Source: Alcaligenaceae bacterium
Lineage (GTDB): Bacteria; Pseudomonadota; Gammaproteobacteria; Burkholderiales; Burkholderiaceae_B
Length of the DNA: 64,000 nt
Assembly (NCBI GenBank): GCA_947379755.1
Contig: CANCOC010000002.1
Coordinates: forward strand, 35,169 to 99,168
Direction: 5' to 3'
Shown here: positions 9,084 through 16,235 of the stretch, in pieces
Layout of the letters: each line of letters starts with the position of its first letter
Position numbering within the stretch: the first letter of the stretch is position 1
Program-made: the position numbers and the translations under genes
The notes under the pieces: generated by a model
Databases searched by the model: none
What the model was told of the DNA's origin: nothing
What the model saw: only the letters and a program-made list of their open reading frames with translations

Positions 9084-11028
9084 GTGCAAGTACCCGACTT
9101 GTTGAGGATCGCAGCAACTGCACAGTACCTAATCCAAGAATTAAGACAATCATGCCGATCACAGCCGTCGCATCACGATAGCCAAGTGATGCAGACAAAA
9201 CAGCAGCCAGTACTGCCCCCAGAATCCCACCAACGCGTTCAAAAGTACGGGCCAGTGCCAATGCCCTGGAGGCCGGCACTCCAGGCATTTCACGTTTAAC
9301 AATATCGAGCAGCACGGTCATCATCGGGGTGAGCAACATGCTTTGTCCGAGACCAAAGCAGAGGATGACTCCAGCAAGTGCCAGAGGTGAGTTTAACCAG
9401 AGCATCAACAATCCGCCCGCACCACTGAGTAAAGCACCTGCCACAACAAGACAGGTTTTGGCATACAAACCGGGATCGAGGCGGCTGATCATTGCATTCC
9501 CCAGGGAAAGCAAGATGTAGTAAAGAATGAAGAACTGACCAATACTGGCCTGTGACAACTCATATTGCTGCAACAGTAATGGGGTAATGTAAAAAAGCAT
9601 GCCCGCCATCATCAGCTTGCCAGGCAATACGCCGCAAACCATAGAGAGCAGAACATGACGATTCTTCAATAATGCCCCAAAACCGGAAATGCCACCGGCA
9701 CTTTTATTAGTACTCTCCTCGGACATCGGCTGGGGAGGCATGATGACTTTGCTAAAAAACAGCCAGGACAACACGGCCATCAACGCAGCAAACAGCAAGG
9801 CAACAGGCTTGCCAAACATATCTGCGATGACCGCACCAACCGGAGCACCGCAGATGCATGCCGCAGTCACTGCAGCCACAAAAATAGAAAGTGCGCGCAT
9901 GTTCCCCTGATCATTTGCCGCAGTGCGTGCGATATATACCTGACAGGCGATAGTGGCCACCGCATAACCAAAGGCACTGATGGAGCGCCAGACCACAAGT
10001 TCCCAGACAGAATGCGAGAAGGCCAGACCACAGAGGCTGATCGTTGAAATCAGCACACTGAATCCAAAAGCCTTACGCAAGCCGAGTCGTTCAACCAGTC
10101 CGCTCCCAAACAACGTGCCAATACCAGCGACAAGCATGTACGCCATGATCGGGGCACTGATCGCCAAGTCTGCACTGAAGCGAGACGTGGGATCGACCAT
10201 TTCTTTGACATACAGGGTAAAGAAAGAGCGCAAAAGCTCCTCGGAGAACACAAAAAGAAATAGTGCTGTACGCACGTCGCGCGCCTGTGGCTGGTACCAC
10301 GCCTGAGTCGTCTGCTTAACAAGCTCACTTTCAGAAAATTGCTTGCGATACTGGGCAATTTTTGCATTCGAGCTACTCAGTAGCTCAGAAAACGGACCGT
10401 TCTCGGAGTGATGAAGATCGCGTTCAATCTGTCCTGACTGGATTCCCCGGATCATTGCACGCCAGGTATCAAACGGGCGAATGAGCCAGCGAACCATAAA
10501 AAACAAAGCGATCTCCAGTCCGGCGATCAGTGCGACGATCGATACAACCAGGGCATCACCGAGAATGACCTGGAGTTTTTCCTGAATGTAAGAAGCTCTC
10601 ACGGCAACGATCACGTGTGGGGCATTGTCGCTGGCCTCAATTTCCTGCAAGACGACATCTTCGGGATGAGCGGTCGAAAAATTCGATCGTAATTTTGCAT
10701 ATTCCCTCGAACCCTCCCGCTGAACCTTGATAAAGGCGATTTCTGGATTTTCATCCAGTGTGTCGGCGAGGTAGTCCTCCATGCCAACAAGTGACTCATA
10801 AGGAATCCCTAATTTGACAGCATCTTCTACAGTGGTGCGCACTGAAGTTGCAATGACACTGGATTTTGCAAGAACCTGGGGTAGCAGAATTTTTTCGAAA
10901 TGCGATAGCGTCAGCCAGGTCAGTAAGGCAACTGCACAGATACTGCAAACGAGAAAAACTGCATAGGACTTTTGCGCAAGCAAGCGCTCAACACTACTTT
11001 TGAGTGGCGGGTTTGACTGGAGCTTCAT
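9076..11028 (-). CDS. Fusion of TM-periplasmic-TM-HAMP-like module and 12-TM MFS permease
   Basis: About 250 aa N-terminal extension with two TMs and a HAMP-like segment (LIRPFDTWRAMIRGIQSGQIERD...FSELLSSSN), then an MFS domain with a motif A variant (GSGLVERLGLRK). Confidence 0.85.
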   Translation of the reverse strand: MKLQSNPPLKSSVERLLAQKSYAVFLVCSICAVALLTWLTLSHFEKILLPQVLAKSSVIATSVRTTVEDAVKLGIPYESLVGMEDYLADTLDENPEIAFIKVQREGSREYAKLRSNFSTAHPEDVVLQEIEASDNAPHVIVAVRASYIQEKLQVILGDALVVSIVALIAGLEIALFFMVRWLIRPFDTWRAMIRGIQSGQIERDLHHSENGPFSELLSSSNAKIAQYRKQFSESELVKQTTQAWYQPQARDVRTALFLFVFSEELLRSFFTLYVKEMVDPTSRFSADLAISAPIMAYMLVAGIGTLFGSGLVERLGLRKAFGFSVLISTISLCGLAFSHSVWELVVWRSISAFGYAVATIACQVYIARTAANDQGNMRALSIFVAAVTAACICGAPVGAVIADMFGKPVALLFAALMAVLSWLFFSKVIMPPQPMSEESTNKSAGGISGFGALLKNRHVLLSMVCGVLPGKLMMAGMLFYITPLLLQQYELSQASIGQFFILYYILLSLGNAMISRLDPGLYAKTCLVVAGALLSGAGGLLMLWLNSPLALAGVILCFGLGQSMLLTPMMTVLLDIVKREMPGVPASRALALARTFERVGGILGAVLAAVLSASLGYRDATAVIGMIVLILGLGTVQLLRSSTSRVLAHG

Positions 11029-11786
11029 TCGCTGCTTTTTTGTTTGAGTAACGCGCTGGAATTCGCAACCTGGGAGGCGAGCTCGCAGATTTCGCTACGA
11101 CGCCCCCCTACTCGCACCAGAGTCTCTCCTCGCAAAATTGCGCTGGCAGAACGAATCAACCGGTCGAGATTCAAGAAAAGGTAGAGCAGAATCGGAGCAA
11201 GCAATAGCACCGTGGCCAGACACAGCACAAACCAGAACTGAAAAAGATGGGTACGTGCATCGGAGAGCAAGGTCTTGGCTGCAGAGTTATCTACCCTCAG
11301 GACGAGATCTGCCACCACATGACCAATCGGGTCCTTGATCGACAGGACCTGTACAAAACCAGTGGCATGAGCGGGATCGAACCACATATCTTTGCGAGAC
11401 CGGCGGTGCGCCTCCAGTACCCGGAGGGTGTCGGCCTCAGTCGGAGCAGACCCAGCTTCCCAGTAAACTTTACCTGAGTCGGACTGCTCATCAACCAACT
11501 GTACAGACTGGATATCAGGGTATTTTTCAATCGCACTTTCTAGCATGGACTTTAACTGGGCATTGCTCTGAATTGGTAAACCCAGGGCCAGAGATCGCTC
11601 GACAGCGCCTTTCAGGGACTGTGCGGAAACACTGATCCGCGAAGAGTTGACCTCAAAAAGTAGCGTTTGAAAACGATAAAACTGAAGCACTGCAAGCAGG
11701 CTGAGTAAGAAAAACAGGATTCCCACGACAACGGAAGCCATTTTAAGCTTTTGGAACATGATGTTCAGGGTACTTTTTAAATTCAA
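11025..11786 (-). CDS. Membrane protein, TM-periplasmic-TM-(degenerate HAMP), with no output domain
   Basis: Two TM helices; periplasmic region aligns without gaps to that of the downstream MFS fusion; ATGA overlap. Alternative ATG start at 11759. Confidence 0.75.
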   Translation of the reverse strand: MNLKSTLNIMFQKLKMASVVVGILFFLLSLLAVLQFYRFQTLLFEVNSSRISVSAQSLKGAVERSLALGLPIQSNAQLKSMLESAIEKYPDIQSVQLVDEQSDSGKVYWEAGSAPTEADTLRVLEAHRRSRKDMWFDPAHATGFVQVLSIKDPIGHVVADLVLRVDNSAAKTLLSDARTHLFQFWFVLCLATVLLLAPILLYLFLNLDRLIRSASAILRGETLVRVGGRRSEICELASQVANSSALLKQKSSE

Positions 11787-11887
11787 TCATCTATGCAGCG
11801 AGGCATTGATTCTAATCGTTAGCGTGGGTGTGCGCTAGACTAGAGGGCTATTTGAAATGATTATTGATACCTGACTGGAACACCCCC

Positions 11888-12349
11888 ATGGACTTACCTT
11901 CACATCAACTGAGCATGACGGTGTTGATGACCCCGGATATGGCAAACTTTTCCGGCAAAGTACATGGCGGATCCATCCTTAAACTGCTGGACCAGGTTGC
12001 CTATGCCTGCGCGAGTCGCTACGCGGGCAGATATGTGGTCACCATGAGCGTGGACCAAGTGACATTTCGACAACCTATTCATGTAGGCGAACTTGTCACA
12101 TTTATGGCCTGCATCAACTTCACCGGCAACTCCTCAATGGAAGTCGGCATCAAGGTGATTGCCGAGGACATCCGCAACAAGATCGTCCGCCACGTAAACA
12201 GTTGTTTTTTCACCATGATCGCAGTCGATGATGAAGGCAAACCGGTCAAAGTCCCGATGCTGATTCCAGCTTCTGCTGATGAACGCCGCCGCTTCGCAGA
12301 TGCAGAAAGCCGAAGGGCCGGGCGACGCGAACAGGAAAAGAAGATTTAA
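11888..12349 (+). CDS. Acyl-CoA thioesterase (hotdog, YciA-like)
   Basis: ANFSGKVHGGSILKLLDQVAYACA and SSMEVGIKV motifs; start moved to ATG 11888. Confidence 0.93.
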   Translation: MDLPSHQLSMTVLMTPDMANFSGKVHGGSILKLLDQVAYACASRYAGRYVVTMSVDQVTFRQPIHVGELVTFMACINFTGNSSMEVGIKVIAEDIRNKIVRHVNSCFFTMIAVDDEGKPVKVPMLIPASADERRRFADAESRRAGRREQEKKI

Positions 12350-12372
12350 ATACAAAAAAAAGGGGATGACAA

Positions 12373-13620
12373 TTGACTCAGAAACTCACCAGCCAAAGGT
12401 ATTTTGGCTGGAATATCGTCGCAGCATCTGCCCTGCTAACCCTGCTTACAGTCGGGATGAGAATGGGCATAGGCCCATTTTTTCTTCCAATGGCTCACGA
12501 CCTCGGCTTTAGCCGGAGCCTGCTTGCAGGAATCATTTCGATTGGCATGTTGTTCTACGGCCTGGGCATGCCACTTGCCGGCTGGCTGGTCGCAAAACAC
12601 GGCACAAAATTTGTCCTTCTGACCGGTACGGTGATTGTGATTATTTCAGTCATCTGGACGATCAATTCCCGAACTCCGCTCACTTTTCTGCTCTCTTTTG
12701 GCATCCTCATGTCAGTTGGACTGGCCTTCACGAGCCCGGTGGCACTGACTCCGCTCATTACACGCTGGTTCACACGCCAGCGGGGAATGGCACTATTTTT
12801 CCTGTCGACCGGATCGATGGCGGGCATTGCGGTCATGACACCAGTGCTGACGTTTGCCATTCAATCAATTGGCTGGCAATCCACGCTTCTCTGGTTCGCC
12901 GGAGTCTTTGCAGTCGTCACGGTGCCCGTTGCATTGTTCGTGATGCGCGAAAACGCTCCACCGGGCGCTGATCTGCTGCCTGGTGCAGTCAACAGTGTTT
13001 CGTCTCGTCCTGGGGCAATTCTGCCTGGCATGGCCTTTACACAGGCATTGCGCACCCTCCCGTTCTGGAAAATCTGTCTTGGATTATTTGCCTGTGGCTT
13101 CAGTATGAATCTGCTGGGTACGCATGGTATGCCCATGCTGATGGATCACGGCTTTGATGCAATGACGAGTTCAACGGGAATTGGACTGATCGGGCTGGTG
13201 GCGATTTTCAGCACAATGTTTCTTGGGCGTCTGGCTGACAGAATTCCCCGTCGCAACATTCTTGCTACGATTTACCTGATTCGCGGCCTGGGATTTTTTG
13301 CATTACTGGTCGTTGGCACCCACTTTGAACTCTATATTGCTGCGGCAATCGGTGGCATCGTATGGGCAGGCAGTATTGCAATGTCATCTGCCATACTTGC
13401 TGATATTTATGGCGTCAGACTGGTCGGCATTCTGTATGGCTGGGCGTATCTGTCTCATCAGATAGGCGCCATGATCAGCTCCTGGCTGGGTGGCTGGGGC
13501 TACGAAGCCTTTGGCACGCACTGGGTCGCATTCGGAATGGCAGGTATCCTTTTGTTTATCGCGGCGTCGGTATCCATGCGCCTTCCGCAAAAAGGCTACA
13601 CACTGGTTCCAGCGACGTGA
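12373..13620 (+). CDS. MFS transporter
   Basis: 12 hydrophobic segments; GWLVAKHGTK and GRLADRIPRR motif A repeats. Confidence 0.92.
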   Translation: MTQKLTSQRYFGWNIVAASALLTLLTVGMRMGIGPFFLPMAHDLGFSRSLLAGIISIGMLFYGLGMPLAGWLVAKHGTKFVLLTGTVIVIISVIWTINSRTPLTFLLSFGILMSVGLAFTSPVALTPLITRWFTRQRGMALFFLSTGSMAGIAVMTPVLTFAIQSIGWQSTLLWFAGVFAVVTVPVALFVMRENAPPGADLLPGAVNSVSSRPGAILPGMAFTQALRTLPFWKICLGLFACGFSMNLLGTHGMPMLMDHGFDAMTSSTGIGLIGLVAIFSTMFLGRLADRIPRRNILATIYLIRGLGFFALLVVGTHFELYIAAAIGGIVWAGSIAMSSAILADIYGVRLVGILYGWAYLSHQIGAMISSWLGGWGYEAFGTHWVAFGMAGILLFIAASVSMRLPQKGYTLVPAT

Positions 13621-13659
13621 AGCGCCAGACATCCACAGACCTGTTTTTTTGAGGATTCC

Positions 13660-14925
13660 ATGCAAACTGCCCTTTCGTATCTGGTTGCGGCACGTCACCA
13701 GGAAATCCACGAACTTGAGCAGCTCAACCGTACCTGCGAGCTTGTGCGGGCAGTCAGCGAACTTGTCCATCGCCTGCAAAACGAACGTGGTGTCTCCAAT
13801 GTTTATCTGGCATCTGGAGGACAGCATGATGCTGCTCGCTTCGATGCACGGATTACCTCAAGTGAGCTGACGAAAGCGGACGTGCTCAAGTGGCTGGAGG
13901 GCATCCAGCCTGGGGAAGGACTGGCAGGCGGCTCGCGCTTGTTCACTCGCATTGCGATTGCCCTGAACGCACTTGAAGCACTGCCGCACATCCGCGAAAA
14001 TATCCGCAAACGGGACGGCTCACCGCTCAAGTCCAGCGAGCGCTACACGCGCGTGATCGGATCACTGCTATCGCTTGTGTTTGAAGCCGCCGATGTAAGC
14101 GTTGAACCAAAAGTTGCACGCCTGCTGGTCGCCTTATTCAATCTGATGCAAGCAAAAGAATATGCCGGACAGGAGCGCGCCACAGGCGCAAGAGCCTTCG
14201 CTATCGGACAGGTCTGTGCCGGGGACCTGAAATCACTGACGGATCTGATTGATCTGCAGGAGCAGTGCTTTGCCCGGTTCGAAACATTTTGCTCACAGAG
14301 CGTCCTCAGCCAGTGGCAGGCGTTGCAGGCGACCATGCCGCTAGCAGACATCGAGCGTATGCGCAGAAAACTGATGGCAGCAAATATGCAGCTGGATTCT
14401 GCACTGAGCGAGACATGGTTTGAGACATGTTCGCAACGCATGGACGATATTCATCTCGTAGAAACCCATTTGACAACCGGTTTGCAACAAGCCTGTCAGC
14501 TGCGCATTGCCCAGACACAATCCGAGCTTGAGGATCAACAGGCTCTCTTGACCGACCTGTCAAACGCCAGGTCGATGGCCCCCTCCTGCGTCCTGGTCTC
14601 GGAGCTTGCGCAGGCACAGGGGCAGCCGGAACTTCTGGCGGGTCACGCAATGGGATCACGATTGACTGGAGCTATTTTTGATACGCTCCAGACCCAGACG
14701 CGTCACTTGCAGGCCGTGAGCGAAGAACTGATTTCTGTGCGGGCGGCGCTTGATGAGCGCAAACATATCGAGCGGGCGAAAGGCGTGCTGATGGCGCACC
14801 AGTCCCTGAGCGAAGAAGAAGCCTATAGATTGCTGCGTCAAAAAGCGATGAATCAAAATCTGCGTCTCGTTGATGTGGCGCAATCTGTTTTATCGATCGC
14901 AGAGTTTTTACCAAAACGCAGCTGA
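13660..14925 (+). CDS. nasR: Nitrate/nitrite-sensing antiterminator NasR (NIT + ANTAR)
   Basis: NIT motifs LVHRLQNERG and LMQAKEYAGQERA; C-terminal ANTAR ERKHIERAKGVLMAHQSLSEEEAYRLLRQKAMNQN. Confidence 0.95.
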   Translation: MQTALSYLVAARHQEIHELEQLNRTCELVRAVSELVHRLQNERGVSNVYLASGGQHDAARFDARITSSELTKADVLKWLEGIQPGEGLAGGSRLFTRIAIALNALEALPHIRENIRKRDGSPLKSSERYTRVIGSLLSLVFEAADVSVEPKVARLLVALFNLMQAKEYAGQERATGARAFAIGQVCAGDLKSLTDLIDLQEQCFARFETFCSQSVLSQWQALQATMPLADIERMRRKLMAANMQLDSALSETWFETCSQRMDDIHLVETHLTTGLQQACQLRIAQTQSELEDQQALLTDLSNARSMAPSCVLVSELAQAQGQPELLAGHAMGSRLTGAIFDTLQTQTRHLQAVSEELISVRAALDERKHIERAKGVLMAHQSLSEEEAYRLLRQKAMNQNLRLVDVAQSVLSIAEFLPKRS

Positions 14926-14980
14926 CTCTAATTCCGACCACTCTCACACTCAGGCTATCCCATACGCGCCATGCGACACA

Positions 14981-15026
14981 GCACCAGCCAGGTGCGCCAG
15001 TTCGTGCGCACGCACCAAAGCAGTGC
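14981..15026 (+). promoter_or_regulatory. Tandem NtrC-type enhancer sites
   Basis: GCACC-agcca-GGTGC (14981-14995) and GCAC-caaagca-GTGC (15012-15026), 31 bp apart, about 115-150 bp upstream of a sigma-54 promoter. Confidence 0.8.
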
Positions 15027-15108
15027 GTACCTCTATCGTTAACCGTTCCCGCTACCTGTGCTCAAACTCCCACTTACAGAGCCGCGCACACAGAAGAAAC
15101 AGCGGCTC

Positions 15109-15124
15109 TGGCACACTTTTTGCT
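15109..15124 (+). promoter_or_regulatory. Sigma-54 promoter of cobA/cysG-A
   Basis: TGGCAC-ACTTT-TTGCT with exact -24 GG / -12 GC spacing. Confidence 0.88.
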
Positions 15125-15141
15125 CTAGCCTGAGCAATGGC

Positions 15142-15237
15142 GGACCAAAGACGGTTCGTCAGCAAACGGGCTGATTGCCATTGTTTGATTGCTTCGGACA
15201 ACGGCGTCCATTTTGGTTTTATAACCCTCGAATGGAC
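15142..15237 (+). promoter_or_regulatory. ANTAR-type leader RNA of cobA
   Basis: Hairpins GGACC-AAAGAC-GGTTC and GGAC-AACGGC-GTCC with A1/G4 hexaloops; GTCCATT can alternatively pair with AATGGAC next to the start codon. Confidence 0.65.
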
Positions 15238-15247
15238 TTCGATCATC

Positions 15248-16078
15248 ATGAACATCCCTGATTCCGTCAATCGCCTTGCACAAACAGTCAATATTCAAGC
15301 CTCTCGCATGCCTGGCCAGGTTGCGCTGGTTGGTGCAGGCCCGGGAGACCCTGAGATGCTGACACTCAAGGCTGCCAAAGCAATCTCACAGGCGACCGTG
15401 CTGCTGATTGACGACCTGGTCAATGAAGAGGTGCTCATCCATGCTTCACCTCAGGCGCGCCTGATTCATGTGGGCAAACGTGGCGGTTGCGCCTCAACAC
15501 CGCAAAACCTGATTCTGAAACTGATGGTCCAGGAAGCAAAAAAAGGAGAAGCTGTTGTTCGTCTCAAAGGCGGCGACCCCTTCATCTTTGGTCGGGGTGG
15601 AGAAGAAGTGGAGTACCTTCAGGCCGCCGGAATCACAGTCACTGTCATCAATGGCATTACCTCTGGTCTGGCGGCAGCTAGTGCGCTGAATATTCCACTG
15701 ACACACCGCGATGCCGCGCACGGCGTGATATTTGTCACCGGTCATAACAAGCCAGGTGATGCGGGAATTAACTGGGCGGCATTGTCACGCAGCGCGTATC
15801 AGGCCAAGCTCACAATGGTGATCTACATGGGAGTGTCCAGTGCGAATTCAATCGCTGAAGGGCTCATGCAGGGTCTGCCCAGCAACACACCAGTCGCCAT
15901 CGTGCAGAACGCCAGTCTGAGCACTCAGCGTCACGCAGTCTGCGAACTGAGACAGCTGGTCGCCACCCTCACCAGTGAGCAGCTGGCCAGTCCCTCGGTG
16001 ATCATTGTTGGCAACGTCCTGTCAGGCATCGCCCAACTACAAATTCGTAAAGAAACGAGAGTCTCTGCTGCCGCCTGA
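15248..16078 (+). CDS. cobA: Uroporphyrinogen-III C-methyltransferase (siroheme synthesis, CobA/CysG-A)
   Basis: VALVGAGPGDPEMLTLKA, VVRLKGGDPFIFGRGGEE and VIYMGV motifs; start moved to ATG 15248, downstream of the promoter and leader. Confidence 0.95.
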   Translation: MNIPDSVNRLAQTVNIQASRMPGQVALVGAGPGDPEMLTLKAAKAISQATVLLIDDLVNEEVLIHASPQARLIHVGKRGGCASTPQNLILKLMVQEAKKGEAVVRLKGGDPFIFGRGGEEVEYLQAAGITVTVINGITSGLAAASALNIPLTHRDAAHGVIFVTGHNKPGDAGINWAALSRSAYQAKLTMVIYMGVSSANSIAEGLMQGLPSNTPVAIVQNASLSTQRHAVCELRQLVATLTSEQLASPSVIIVGNVLSGIAQLQIRKETRVSAAA

Positions 16079-16083
16079 ACAGG

Positions 16084-16099
16084 TGGCATGAATTTTGCT
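16084..16099 (+). promoter_or_regulatory. Sigma-54 promoter of nirB
   Basis: TGGCAT-GAATT-TTGCT with correct -24/-12 spacing. Confidence 0.8.
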
Positions 16100-16118
16100 T
16101 GGAAATAATGAAAGGCCA

Positions 16119-16173
16119 AAGCAACGATGCTTGGGCGATTGACCTGAATTAGGCTTTACGGACAACGGCGTCC
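16119..16173 (+). promoter_or_regulatory. ANTAR (NasR) dual-hairpin antitermination motif
   Basis: AAGC-AACGAT-GCTT (16119-16132) and GGAC-AACGGC-GTCC (16160-16173), both with A1/G4 loops; the second overlaps the terminator's 5' arm. Confidence 0.88.
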
Positions 16174-16219
16174 GTCATTCTCGAGAATATCTCGGGGAAT
16201 GACGGACGCCGTTTTTTTT
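16164..16219 (+). terminator. Attenuator terminator in the nirB leader
   Basis: AACGGCGTCCGTCATTC ... GAATGACGGACGCCGTT 17-bp stem followed by a T run. Confidence 0.92.
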
Positions 16220-16235
16220 GTTTACTGGACTCATC

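Noticed and set aside
15137-15247. N-terminal extension of cobA in the ORF track
   Set aside because: It begins at the predicted sigma-54 TSS and covers the ANTAR leader, so it is unlikely to be translated.
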